Source of the DNA: Utricularia gibba
Lineage: Eukaryota > Plantae > Magnoliophyta
Direction of reading: 5' to 3'
Assembly (NCBI GenBank): GCA_002189035.1
Contig: NEEC01000020.1
Span: forward strand, 992,001-1,056,000
DNA: 64,000 nucleotides
The notes below the pieces were generated by a model. It saw only the letters and a list, made by a program, of their open reading frames with translations, was not told the origin of the DNA and did not search any database. Every line of letters starts with the position of its first letter. The first letter of the stretch is position 1. This document shows positions 37,554-51,451 of this stretch, in pieces. Both the position numbers and the translations under genes were made by a program.

Positions 37554-39309
37554 TTGCCCAGATCTCGCTCTCGACGATTCTCTAGGGTGTTTCGTGAGGG
37601 AGGAATACCCTCTATCCAAAACAATATGGTAAACACATTCGTATCCGAGGAATTTAAATATGGTGGCAAATATAGGCGATACGATGAGAAGGTACATGTG
37701 TTGAATAAGGGAATTGCATTTGCTAGTAAAGTTCATTCTCAATATTGTGTTGCCCACTATCATATAAAACAAGGATATGAATTCATCGTTCCTGTTAGTC
37801 AGCCCACAATCTGGAAGGGCAAATGTGCTCGTGCGAACATGGATCCTAAGTGTTATTGGCGCATAAGGATTATGCGATCTGCACGTGATGAAGTTTGGCA
37901 AGTATCGGTCTGTGACTTTCCTCATACTTGCATGGCATATATGGATGGGCAACATTTTTGGTTTATTCATTGGATATAAACTTATGCATACTGCACATAG
38001 AGAATGAGGTATAATTTAAATATTTCTTAAATTTTTTTACATAATTTATATTTTTAATAACTTTTCTTTGTTGTATAGATTAAGGTTGCAGATGCTCGAA
38101 AATGTATTTCTGAAAAATATCAAAAGAAGATTACTTATGAACGTGCATGGTACGATGCTCAACTTGCTTTTGAGTTGGTCTATGGAATATGAGAATCATC
38201 AATGCAAAAGCTACCTACATTATTTCTGGCAATCATGCGAGCTAATTCAAGTACAGTGGTCTCTAGGGACTGTTTTCCCACTATTGTAGGAGAGGATCAT
38301 AAAATCATGCACTATGTTTTTTGGGCATATGGTCCCTTTATTTGAGCATTCAAGTTTTGCAGGCTTGTTGTTATGGTCGATGCCACCTTTTTATATGGAC
38401 GTTATGACCACAAGTTGCTCGTGGCCACTACCAAAGATCGAGGTGGTCACATCCTACCGTTAGCCTATGCATTCGTCGACGATGAGAGTAGAGATGCATA
38501 TCTTTGGTTTATTGGTTACGCTGAGTTTCAAGAAGGCCGTCTGGCCCACTTTTGGTGTTTGCGTCATTATATTTCCAACTTTAACAAGAAGTTTGGAAGC
38601 AAAATACTTAAGCAAATGGCTTACAATGCCGGAGCGACTTGTGATCCAAGAAAGATGATGATGCACCTCGAAAGGATTCAAAAGAAAAATCTGATGGTTT
38701 ATGCATGGTTCTTTGAGCCGGAAAATGGTCCATATGAGAGATGGGCACTCTTATATGATTCAGGCAGACGCTACGGGAATCTAACTTCTAATGCAATAGA
38801 GATCATGAACAACGTTCTCAAGGTTTGCCGTCGGTTTCCCTCATATACAATTGTTGAGACTACGTTGTACAACATAGCTGCCATCCTCCGCGAGCGTAAA
38901 GAGGTGATCACCTTGATGACAGAAAACCACCAGGTATTATGTTTGACGTTACTTAATTTTGAGTATTTTTAATGTTTTATTATTCTACTTTATGTATAAC
39001 ACTTGTTATCTATGTATGCAGGCGCTCTCAGATGAGGCAATACATTTTGGGGACAGAGCACATGAACGAGCTAAGACACACAAGGTGCGTCAATTTGAGA
39101 CGGCGAATATGTCATTTCAGATTGAAGTCGTCAGCCGTGGGAAAGGGAGACGCTATCATTATAGAGTGATGCTTTGTGATCAGACTTGTAGTTGCGGAAA
39201 GTGGACTAAGTATGGTGTTCCATGCTCTCATGATGTTGTTGTTGCTGAAAAGGTGAAGGTAAGTGCCGACGATCTCAAGATTAGTCTCGATATATTGCAT
39301 GCGTTGTGA
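37554..39309 (+). pseudogene. MuDR-type transposase, intron-containing and degenerate
   Basis: MuDR DNA-binding domain 'WKGKC...CYWRI...WQV...HTC' (37554-37979), MULE catalytic domain 'VDATFLYGRY...LPLAYAFVDDES' (38373-38972), SWIM finger 'CSCGKW...VPCSH' (~39180-39230). Confidence 0.88.
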
Positions 39310-40947
39310 CAAATGTATAGTGAAGAGGTTTTCAACCCTCTTGATTCTGATGCCTATGTCCCTTACCCGGGCTGGACCCTATACCATGATCCTACATGCC
39401 GTCAGACTATTGTGGCAGACAGTGTCGCACAAGAATACACAACGAGATGGATTGGGGAGTGAATCAACCACCAACAAAATAGTCTAATAAATTTGGTTTT
39501 TTCTGGTTTGAACTTTGATTAATTGCAAGTTGGAGTTATTTATTTTGAATATTTTATTTATGTTTTTTTTCAAACTACTTTCATAAAAGTAGCTTATTTG
39601 ATAACAACAAAACACATCTACTCATGCCTACGCTGCCGTGATGATGATGGACGGGTCGCATCATGTGGACCACTATATGGTGGTTGAAATGAGAATCTCC
39701 AATACCCATGTCCCCTCCCAACACTAGACTAACTCGATCCTATATGAGGCATCATGAACTCCGGGTAAGGAGGCGGCCAAGGATATGACGGAGTAATAGC
39801 CAAGAGTGATGGTCACACATAGGAAGTAGGAGCCTCACATGTTGATGGTGTACTCATTGGTGCAGCATACTGTTGAAACAACTCTGCATTGAAATCCTCG
39901 TATGCTTGGTCCATGTGGACTTGTAAAGGGTTGTCATCACTAGGTAGCAGTGAGTGATGTGCCACGAGTGACTGGCTACATCCAAGCTGCTGGCTAAGAC
40001 CCAGCACGAAATCTATCTAGCTATGCGACCTGGAAACAAACAACATATTAGAAATCAGTTTACACGATCTAACTCATATTTGCACAAAGGATTATTTTAC
40101 CACATAAGCTATCGGCTCTACATCTCCACATCGATATCCATCACCCTTTTCTAGTCTTCTTCCAAGATACAGCAACGCGCGCGGCCTATACCAAGTCATG
40201 TACGCCACCTCAGACACTGTAGGGATGTCATGCATCTGGAGAATATGAGTGTGTCTAGATGCCTACAAAGCTATACGTGCAGCATGCTCCAACGTCCAAT
40301 CAGTATTATAGGAGTTTCTGATGAACTTATGTTCTGTAGGATATCGATCTAAAGAGAGTGGAATAATATGGCCACATCCAAACTGACAAGAAACTCGATC
40401 AGGGCAATGGGGCTCCACTCGAGATGCATATATCATCGGATCGGCATACTGCCAAAGCATACGATCACATTCCAGAACACACAATAAATGTATATCCTTG
40501 TAAGGAGTCCACTCAAACTGTCCAAAAAAACAATGAAATGTCAATATGCACGGTTCAACGAAAAATAAATTTATATGATAACAACGTACCTCGTCATCCC
40601 CGCAAACCAAATCAAGTGTGTCACGGATTGGCTCTAACTTGTGGGAGACCACATTTGAGTGGTCGAGCCAACCTTTGAACCTCCAACCATACACGAACGA
40701 TTTAAACCCCTCTCCCTCCCAATATACATCATGTGGGAAATGACGCTTCAGTATAGGACGTAGAGACGAGATCCGAGTATATGCCCACAGCTGCATAAAA
40801 AACATTATAATATGACAAATTTTAACGTATATAATACTAGTAGAGAAATCAAGAAATGGAACATGAAGAAGATGATGGGCACCACCCATTGTAACTTGCC
40901 TAAGCACACACAAATCAAGCTCGCGATACTAATTCGCCAGAACAGCT

Positions 40948-43900
40948 TGATAACACCGTTTTTATTGTGTTTTTATATATATTTTTAAGTGTGTTTTGTG
41001 GGGTTAAATGTTTTTTAGTGTGTTAAATTATCTTCTTTTACATATTTAGATTGTTAAAATGTGTTTATTGTGAAAACAGGCTCAATTGGCAATTATGAGT
41101 CACCAGATCATACATACCGAGGGCACTGCATTGCCTTTCCTACAGCAGCAATTAATTTGGAATTGAGACCAGGAACCCTTGCTCTGTTTCCTAAATATTA
41201 TGGGAACAGGAATGAGGATCCTCACATGCATATTGATGATTGTATTGCTGTTGGAGCTATGCTGCGACCCAAGGACGTGATTGAGGACAATTTACTACTC
41301 AGAGTCTTCCAATTTACTCTTGAAGGACATGCCAAGATTTCGTTCAATACACTTGAACCTGGAAGTATAAGAAGTTGGATGGAAATGAAGAAAGCATTTC
41401 TGAATCAGTTTTTTTTCCTAACTCTAGAGCAGAAGAAATTCGAAGCAAAATTGAAAATATTTTTCAGGATTATGATGAGCCTCTACATGAGTATTAGGAC
41501 AAGTTCACAACTCCTCTTTCAACCGGTCCACACCATGGATTTCATAAATTGAAGCAGGTGAAGTGTTTTTTGAAGGGCTTGACTACTACCCAAAGAGATA
41601 AATTGGATTCTGCTGCACACGGTAATATGAGGACTCTGACCTCATCTGAAGGCTGGGAGAAAATTAAAGAAATGATGGGACATTCAAGGCATTCACAGTT
41701 TCGATCTCGAGCCCAACGACAAGTGAATGAGATGGGAGTATTGAGAGAAGATGAAGCAGCAAGAAATGACAAGGATATTACTGAATTGAAGGATATGGTG
41801 AAAGGTTTATTTCTTGTTCAAAATCCATGCCTTGCGAAGTCTGTGGAATTCTTTGTCACACCTCTGATCATTGCTCCATGAAAGGAAACCTGAAAGAATC
41901 ACTTGAAGGAGTGAATGCAATGGGGTACATGAATAATAGAGCTGATTATTTCAGACCCAAGAATGACCAACGATTTGAACCTATGAGGAGTCATCCCAAT
42001 TTTAGCTGGAGAAGCACCAACGTTGAAAATCCACAACATCTGGGATTCACTCAACCGCAGCAGCAACCAACTTCACCAATTTTGTTTCAGCAAGGACAGA
42101 GTGTTCAGCTGGGGAATAGGTATCCAAGCAAGCCATATCAACCCCCAAATCAAAGAGTCGACCAGCCAAGCACTTCAGGTCCTAAACCACCCCCTTCAAC
42201 TGAAGAAATGATGAAGATGATGCTGGAAAACATGGCCAGACGTGATGTTGAACAAGCAAAAAGAGATGTTGAATCTGAGAAGATGATGAAGAGTCTTGAG
42301 AGGCAAATTAGCCAACTTGCTATAAAGCTCGCTGAACTGAAAGGAAATTCAGGGAAACTACCATCTCAGCCCAATGCCAATCCAAAAGAAAACATTTCTG
42401 CTATTGAACTTCGTGGGGGAAAGCAACTACTTGACCGAAAGGTCCCTACAAGTCATAGTAAAGTGGCTGGAGGTTCTGAAATTAATTCTGAAGATACGAG
42501 ACACCAAGGAAAAGCAGCAGGGGAACCTATTGTTGAGATCAAGAAGACTCCTCATTTTACTGGAAGATTATAAGCTAGAGCAAGGCAAGAAGAGAAGGAC
42601 TCCATAATTACACCCTTAGATTCTGCTATGATTACCATGAAGGCTGTAGATTATTTGAGGCAAGTGCTGAAAGGGATGAAAGTATTGAAGGACTTGTGTA
42701 GTTCGAAGAGGAAGAGCAAGGATGAATAAGTGATCAAAGTCAGTGCTCAAGTCTCCACGTACTTGACCCAACCGATGCCGGAAAAATGTTCAGGCCCTGG
42801 GACATTTTTTGTTCCTATTCAGGTAGTAACTAAATTTATCAGCAGGGCAATGGCGGATCAAGGTGCTTCAATCAACATGATGCCTTATGAAGTCTATTTA
42901 GCACTATATTTGGAACCCCTCAGGCAAACATACCTGAAATTGCAACTTGCAACCAGATCTGTGGCCATTCCAGAGGGTATTGCTAAAGATGTTTTAGTTC
43001 GAGTTTCCAATATCTGTTATCCTTGCGATTAAGTTGTTGTTAAAATGCCTCCAGCTAGGTTAAATGATAATACTTTGATTCTGGGACGCCCTTTCCTAGC
43101 TACTGCAAATGCTCAAATTGATTGTAGGAAAGAAGCCATTACTATTGGTTATGCTGATGATATTTCTATCTTTAAGACCAATGAAGCTGAAAAGTTCCCT
43201 GATGATTTTGCACCTGTGACTGGAGTCGATGTCGTTGACGAATTAGTGGAGGAAGTTTTTGATGAAGAGCAGCATGATATTCTTGACTTTTTTAGACGAG
43301 ATGTTGAGCTCGAAGAAGACGAAGCTGAGCACCTAATGTTGGAATGTTTCATTGAAGATAAACACTTGGTGAAGCTTGGAGAGGTGACTAGTGTTGCACC
43401 ACCAGAATTGAAACCCTTGCCTTCACATCACAAGTATGCATTTATTAGTGACAATTCAAAGTCGGTGATTATTAGTGCTGATCTTTCTTGTGAAGAAGAG
43501 ATGAAGTTGATGGACGTTCTCAAGGCTAACAGCAAGGCTATTGGCCGGACGCTAGATGATATAACTGGAATTAGCTCTTCTGTCACAATGCATAGGATTT
43601 ATCTTGAAGATGGAGCAAAACCGGTTAGACAACCTCAGAGAAGGCTTAATCCTACCCTCATGGAGGTAGTGAAGAAGGAAATCCAAAAGCTATTGAAAGC
43701 TGGAGTGATATATTCGATTTCCGACAGCACGTGGGTATGTCCTATCCACGTAGTCCCTAAAAAGACAGGAATTACAGTTCCCGAAGATGCTGATGGAAAG
43801 AAGGTGGCGACACGAGTTCAAAATGGCTGGAGGGTATGTATTGACTATAGGAAGCTGAATGAAGTCACAAGAAAGGATCACTACCCTCTACCCTTCGTTG

Positions 43901-46900
43901 ACCAAATGTTGGACAAGTTAAGTGGTAAGAGTTTCTATTGCTTTCTTGATGGGTATTCAGGGTATAATTAGGTTTTGTGGCATCGGATGATCAAGAAAAG
44001 ACGACCTTTACCTGCCCCTTTGGCACCTATGCATACAAGAAGATGCCATTTTGCCTCTACAACGCCCCAGCGACGTTTCAAAGGTGTGTCACCAGCATTT
44101 TTTCAGACTATATTGATGATTTCATAGAAGTATTCATGGATGACTTTACTATGCATGGGACTAGTTTTGATGATTGTTTGAATCATTTAGAACTTGTGTT
44201 GAAAAGGATTTAGTTTTGAACTCTGAAAAATGCCATTTCATGGTACGCCAAGGAATTGTGCTTGGGCATGTTGTTTCTGAAGCAGGTTTTATGGTAGATC
44301 CTCCAAAGGTAAGTACTATTTCTGGTTTATCATATCCACGTGATGAAAAAAGAGTTCGTGCATTTTTAGGCCATGTCGGATTTTACAGGAGGTTTATTAA
44401 AGGTTTTTCTCAAATTGCTCGACCACTAACAAACCTCTTGCTGAAAGACGTTGAGTTTGTTTTTTTAGATTAATGCAAGCATGCTTTTGACACTCTCAAG
44501 GCAGCCATGACATCAACTCCCATCATACAAGCGCTCAATTGGAGTGAGCCATTCCATGTGATGACTGATGCATCCAACTATGTAGTAGGAGCTGTCTTAG
44601 GCCAGAAACTTGATGGAGAAGACACTGTCATCAGCTATGCCTCCAAAACCTTGGATAATGCTCAAGCAAATTACACTACAACTGAAAGGGAGATGCTAGC
44701 TGTTGTATTTGCATTGGAGAAGTTCAGAAGCTATTTGTTGGGTAACAAAATGATTGTGCATACAGACCATGCCGCCATCAAACACCTCATGTCCAAGAAG
44801 GAGGCTAAACCGAGGCTTATGAGGTGGGTCTTGTTGCTGCAGGAGTTCAATGTGGAAATCAGGGATAAGCCTGGGAAACCCAATGAAGTTACAGATCATC
44901 TCAGTAGGATCGAGCAACCCATGGATGATTTTCCAATTGTTGAAGAATTTCCAGATGAACAACTCTATGCAATTAAGACTGATGTAGGGAAGACTAGTGA
45001 ACCATGGTATGCTGACATAGCCAATTATATATGCACTGGAGAGATGGCATTAAACTTAAAGAGTTATGAGAAGCTGAAGTTGAAGAGTGAGAGTAAGTAC
45101 TATTTTTTGGATGACCCCTATCTGTGGAAAAATTGTGCTAATGACGTTGTGCGACGATGCTTGACGGAAGATGATGTTCAGCAAGTGTTGGCTTTCAGTC
45201 ATGCGTCTCCTTGTGGAGGGCACCATGATCCTAACCGCACTGCCAAGAAGGTGCTGGATTGTGGTAATTATTGGCCGACAGTTTTCAAGGATGCTAAGTC
45301 TTACTATAAGAGTTGCGAGAGCTGCCAGAGAACAGGGAATATCTCAAATCGACATGAAATGCCAATGCAGCCAATTGTTGTTTCGGAAGTGTTCGACGTG
45401 TGGGACATAGACTTTGTGGGCCCCTTTTCCAAACTCTGACGGCTATGAGTACATCTTGATGGCCGTAGACTATGTTTCAAAGTGGATAGAGGCGATCCCC
45501 ACCAAGTCACAAGACACTCATTCAATGATACGCTTTCTGAAGAATAATATCTTTGTGAGGTTTGGAACACCCAAAGTCTTGATCAGTGATCGTGGAAGCC
45601 ATTTCTTTAACAAGGCTATGGAGAGACTGCTGAAAAGCTACAGAGTCTGGTACAAGCCATCTAACTCTTACCACCCTCAGACCAATGGGCAGGCAGAAGT
45701 TTCTAATCGGGAGATCAAGCAAATTCTAGAGAAGACTGTGACTTCTTCTCGCAAGGACTGGAGCTCCAAGCTGAATGACTCCTTGTTTGCAATTCGCACA
45801 GCCTTCAAAACCCCCATCGGTATGTCTCCCTTTCATCTCGTGTATGGTAAACATTGCCATTTGCCCATTGAATTCGAGCAGAAGGCTAGATGGGAAATCC
45901 AGCAAGTGAACTTGGAGATTCAAGGCAATGATGATTTGAGGAAGCTCCAACTTTCAGAGCTTGATGAACTAAGACATGAGGCCTACATGAATTCTAAGAT
46001 CTTCAAGGAACGCACGAAGCAGTTCCATGACCGCCAGATCTTGAGAAAACACTTTGAACTTGGACAAAAGGTATTATTGTTTCAGTCTAAACTCAAACTT
46101 CACCCAGGTAAACTGAAATCTCGTTGGGAAGGACCTTTTATGATTAAACATGTGAATCCTAACGGTTCCATTGAGTTGTTTGATAGAGACATGCATAGCT
46201 CCTTTACTATGAATGGTCACAGATTGAAAGTGTTCCATGAGTTCATGATCGATGAAGTGGGACACCCTGTGGATGTTGTGGCATTCACTGAAATTCCCCT
46301 CTAATTGATTCTGCACTTAAGTCTTACCCTAAGACTTATTCTAAGGTCCTCGCTGGGAGGTAACCAGTATTTTCTACTTTTCTTTCCTTTATGCATTTTT
46401 ATTTTCTTTTTGCACTTTTAGTTATGCATTCTGCTTCTTGTGCGGTTGCAATCTTTTATTTTGTTGGTTTTTCTGCCCCACTGTTAGTTTCTGATGCAAT
46501 GGCCCATTTCCTGTGTAGTTGCAATTCTTTCGTTATTTTTAGTTACACAAGCCCAATGGGTTCAATTTAAAAAGAGTGGGAACCCTTCTTCCCAACAGTT
46601 ACTTTTCCCTTTTGCACCCCTTCCTCCCTTTTCACAGAACCGTTGCACCTCTTCCATGGCGAACCTCCCATCCTCTAACTCCACCAGCAGGCACTATTAC
46701 GGGCAAGCGAAGCAGAGTCAAGTAGTGTGTGACTCATCGGACCTACAGAATGCGCAAGCAAAGGGCAGAGGAAGATGATTTGGCAGCCAAAAAGTGGGAG
46801 GAGGAAAATGCTGCCAGCAAGAAGAACGCGACAGAAACAAGCGAGAGGAACCTTGCAGGGAAGAGCCCTGGACCAACTCAAGTACCCACTGAGCCAGCGA

Positions 46901-48451
46901 TAAAAGGCAAGCTCCAATCTAAAAAGCCGAGCTAGAAAAAAAAAGAAGAAGAGAAAAGTAGAGAGGTACAAAAGGCGGGCACACCAAAAAAGCCGTGCTG
47001 TAAAAAAAAATCTCGTAGAAAATAAGAGCTTGAGGCTTCGACACTATGAACTCATCATTTTCCCTGAACATTTCTTGTGGTCTGGCCAACCACTCTAGAA
47101 GAAATAAGGATGAACAAATGGAGGGGAATATGACTAAGTCGTAGTGGAAGAGTTATCAAGTTTCTATGATCTTGTTTAGTACCTCCATGTGCATCATTTT
47201 CATTTTCAGCCATCATTTTTGTTATAAGTCATATGTGTCTCACAAGGTAAAACTCATACATGGCACTGTTAGTATGCTACTGCTTGTTAGGATCAAGTTC
47301 GTACTCGTGCAGATGTGATTTTTGAACACTTCAAGCATGCGAGCAACCTCTACTATCTGTGCTTGAGTGAAACTATTCTTACCCGCACTTGCTACCTCTT
47401 CTCTTCACTCCTTGCATGGATAGCATGAATCGAAACCTTTTCTTTGTCTCAGCAGACTCAATCTTAGATAGTTTTTGTTCTCTTTTCTATTTTAGACTTG
47501 AGGACAAGTCTAGAGTCGTTGTAGGATAGTGTGATAACACCGTTTTTATTGTGTTTTTATATATGTTTTTAAGTGTGTTTTGTGGGGTTAGATGTTGTTT
47601 AGTGTGTTAAATTATCTTCTTTTACGTATTTAGACTATTAAAATGTGTTTATTGTGAAAACAGGCTCAATTGACAACAATTGAGTCGAAAACTCTAATAT
47701 TTCGTCTAGTCTGTGTTTTAAGTCTTGCCAGGGTAAAAGCTAGTACATGTCTACACTGTCTATCCGCCCAGAAACTTGATTTCCAGCAAATCTACGACTG
47801 AGGGCAACCGCTAGACACTTCATTTTCTATTTTCTGCACTTCTCTTTCATTGACAAATTAGCTGATGTTACCTTCAACGTGTTCATGCTTTCTGTTATGT
47901 TCTTGCACCCTGTCGTGAACGATAAATCCTCTATAGACCTTATTTCTGCTATTGAACATGTTCTTGCTTAAGCCTTTCATGTTTGCCTTTAAGTTTAACG
48001 CACTTTTACTGTTCCTGCGAACCATGCTCTATTTCTACAAACTAATACTCTGTTTTTAAGCGTTCCAAAGCTGAGTTTAAACCTATGAACTCTCTTAAGT
48101 GACACAAGAACCAGACCCTGGTATAAAACCCAGCCAAATTACTTTTATTTTATGTTTTCTGCATCTTCACGATAATTTCAATCCATTTTCACTTCTGCAA
48201 CTCGTTTATTTCAGTCACTGTTATTTTAGATCTTACCCGCGTTAGAAGTAAACCCCAGAAAACCCCCCTATTTCCAGTAAATGTATTAAACTTCAGAAAA
48301 TTGCAACCATTCCTTGTGGATTCGACCCTTGCTTGCCACACTACATTAATTCTTATGATTTGTGTAGTAGAATAGCTTGGTTTATAAATTTCTTTTGATG
48401 CGTTGAATGTGCTAAACCGCAACATTTAGCAACCCTTTACAATGTTCATCA
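40948..48451 (+). mobile_element. Athila-type Ty3/gypsy copy B, same family as A; 5' LTR mostly deleted, env-like ORF deleted
   Basis: TSD CAGCT (40943-40947, 48452-48456). 5' LTR stub 40948-41092 fused to gag ('FPKYYGNRNEDPHMHI', 'LRVFQFTLEGHAK'). Pol with stops to 46304. 3' LTR 47532-48451. Confidence 0.94.
47532..48451 (+). repeat. 3' LTR of Athila copy B (920 bp)
   Basis: TGATAACACC...TTCATCA; about 300 bp shorter internally than the LTR at 32948-34168. Confidence 0.9.
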
Positions 48452-49314
48452 CAGCTGTCCTCCAATTAGTAGTCATCCAGCGATCTTGATGTGTCATCCA
48501 ATCAAGGACACTCAACTTGGCACGGTTAACAATCAAGGACACTCAACTAGTAATACCATTGCATGATCAAAACGTACAACTTCCTCTTCAAGAATCTCCT
48601 CAATCTACAAAAAAAACACTACATATTTAATAAGAAATAATATAATAAATTAAATATATTATTTAATAATAAAACAATAATAAAAACATATTATTCATAA
48701 AAAAAATGTTACGTCAATGTACAAAAAAATTAAAAACAAATTGCTAAATATCATATATGTAATAAAAAAATATGATAAATTAATAAACAAAATAAGTAAT
48801 TAAACAATAAAAAAATTAAATAACTAACTTGATGTTTTCATGCAATCAAAAAATTAAAATGTCAAAACTTATGAATATAAAAATATATATAAAAATTTAA
48901 TAATCTCACCCCTGTAATCAAAATATTTTTTGATCATAATTTTGCACTTGTAACATATGAAGAATGATGAGGGTATTTATAAGAAGAATGTAATAATAGG
49001 ACAGGTGAGCGTGCCAAGGGAATGGGAGGGGAGTGTGGGCTCGCTGCCATTAGGAGCACCGAGACGCCATTATGGATGGCAACTTGCTGCAAGGTGCTAT
49101 CATTGATGGTGTCATTCTATGTGGACTCAGAGGCATCATCACTGATGGCGTTCTCCAGCATACAGTTCTAAAGTGCTATTGTTGGTGGCGTGTAGCGTGT
49201 ATTTCTAAAACGCCATCAATGATGGCGTGATAGACAAAGCGCTATTACTAATCGTGTATATTATTATTAATATATTGTATTTATTAATCAATATTACTTA
49301 TGTTAATTTTTCTA

Positions 49315-50100
49315 CAATATGTTATGTGGTATTCACTCCAATGGGCAACACATTGGCGAAAACATATGACTATTATTGACCCAACAAGGTGAAAAATGTA
49401 GAAGAGTATGTAAGAAGGTGCATGCCCCTTACAATACTCACCCCCATCATGTCATTTGAAGGATAGAAGTTTGATGTTCTAAGATCATTTGTCATAACAA
49501 TTAGGCAACGGTGTCTTTGCATCATGCCAATAGATGATTCACTAAATGGATTGAGGCAAAGGACGTAGCCTCAATGATGTAGAGAATCGTGAAGTCTTTC
49601 CATTGCGAATGCATTACCTTCGGAGTTCCCAAAATTTTGGTATTTGATAATGACATGCAAATCATAGGGTCACACATTGAGGCACTATGGGAAAAGATGT
49701 GCAGCCACCACATCTATTCTTCAATCTCTCACCTCAAGAGTAATTGGACAAATATTGGAGTCCCATGGGAATGTCGCAAAACCTCAAAAAGGGCCATCAA
49801 GTAGACCCCATTTTCGCTAACATATGGAATGGAAGCACTAGTTCCCTTGGAAATATTGCTTAAAAATTAATGGGCATAGACATATTAGGAAGCTACTAAA
49901 CAACATCTACATAAATTGAACTTCCTATTGTAAGAAGAAAAGAGGAATGAAGGGTATACTTGAATCATAGCATGACAAAAGCCTAAAGGATTTATAACGG
50001 CAAAGTTCATTCTTGGTTATTAAATAAAGAGAACTTGCTACTTAAAAACATCATGGCATTTCAAAAAGCCAGTAACCTAGAGAGGGGCCTTACCCTTTAA
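49315..50100 (+). mobile_element. Old Tat-like gypsy integrase remnant, right part
   Basis: 'KWIEAK' and 'ITFGVPKILVFDND.Q' (~49540-49660), then 'TPFSLTYGMEALVPLEI' (~49805-49855). Confidence 0.62.
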
Positions 50101-50122
50101 TTGATTTACTGGCAATTGAAGC

Positions 50123-51451
50123 TGATGACAAACATTTTATCAATATTTTTTTAATATAAAGTCATCATGTTTAGTTATAATTTATGTTTTGTTTATATAG
50201 TATTTAATATTATATGTGATGTTTAGGATATTTTTGTCTTTATGTGAAAAAGTAGACTAAATCTAGTCTTGTGTTATTAATGTTTAATCGAGTCTTAGTA
50301 GTAAAAATCAGCAACGAATCAGATTGAGATGTTATAGATCAAGTCAAGAGAGCACTGAAAGGAGACAAAAAGCATTGTGTTGCTGCTTGTAGTGTATAGA
50401 TTTAGGTCAGGAGCAATATATATGTGAGGAACAATGAAATATTTTGAAAAATTAAAAATAAACCAAAACAAGTGAAGATATTTTGGGAAGGAAGAGAAGA
50501 ATGAGACGAGACCCCAGTATGAAGGTCAAAGAAGATGATTTTTCCAGAAAAAAAACCTTCAACATGAATAACAATCATCGAAAACCCAATTCAAAACTAC
50601 AACTGTTCCAAGCAATGAACAGTAGTAGATGAAAAACAAAATATTTTACATTGTCTTTAGTTTGTTGAATATTTTGTTTCTATGATTGTGTATTTTATAA
50701 TGTATATGATATTTTCTTTAGCTTATGTTTATGAAATCATATTTTATCTATTGACTATGAGTTACTAGACTGTAGAGATTCCTTAATGTATGGAAAGATG
50801 ATGTGATTAGGATTTGCAAGATAATATACAATTATGTACATTAATAGTTTGTTTCTAACATTACTTGGATAGATCTAAGAGGAAAGTGAGCATCATTATA
50901 ACTCAGATGTTTGATTTAGAGATATATCAACGAATTAATATATGGGTAGTAGATGTTTGTCTTGAATAGAATCAATATAATTGTCTATACCTAATTTTAT
51001 GTATTTTGTATATAAGTAGAGCTAAGTGTGAAATGATATGGACATTAGGTACTGTCTTGATCGATAATATGAGAAACAACTTGGGTATACTTATGTTGTT
51101 TAGAGTGTGCATATAGATAGAAATTGTAGATTAGATTAAGAACTTTTGTATCACATCACATGAGCTACTTTGAGACATCTTAGAGTTATTTTTTGCACAA
51201 AACATGTTTTTATTACTTTTTATGTTAAGATATGATCGTAATTAATGAACTTCCATACTATTGTTAGTCAAACCTTGAACTAAGATTAAAATTTATTCTA
51301 AATTCTGCATTATGAAAAATATAATGCAAACATCTACTCCTTGTAATCGACTTTGAAATCCACTATATAATTTGTATCAAATTTGTATTTTGTGAAAATT
51401 AATGATTATAAATTTATTTGATATAAAAATTTATTTTCTTTTACAATGACA
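50123..51451 (+). repeat. Degraded solo-LTR-like sequence related to 7811-9195
   Basis: Its 3' end 'ATTATAAATTTATTTGATATAAAAATTTATTTTCTTTTACAATGACA' matches the minus-strand end of the 7811 LTR 'ACTATAAATTTATTTGATACAGAAATTTGTTTTTATTGCAATGACA'. Start uncertain; no TSD. Confidence 0.45.

Larger units (their letters stand above)
40263..48610 (-). pseudogene. Plant mobile domain (PMD) gene of the MULE, split by Athila B (pieces 48457-48610 and ~40263-40942)
   Basis: 'QLWAYTRI..LRP', 'FEWTPY' and 'VEPHCPDRVSCQFG'. The reading 'TTNWRTAVLAN*YREL...MGGAHHLL' (PMD 'SWGSAVLA.LYREL...IGG') is rebuilt across the CAGCT insertion site. Confidence 0.82.
36707..49314 (+). mobile_element. MULE/MuDR transposon with a convergent plant-mobile-domain gene, interrupted by Athila copy B
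   Basis: Imperfect AT-rich TIRs (TAGAAAAATT...ATACAATATATT on both ends), subterminal palindromes, transposase domains on +, PMD on -. No TSD found, so the ends are approximate. Confidence 0.8.
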
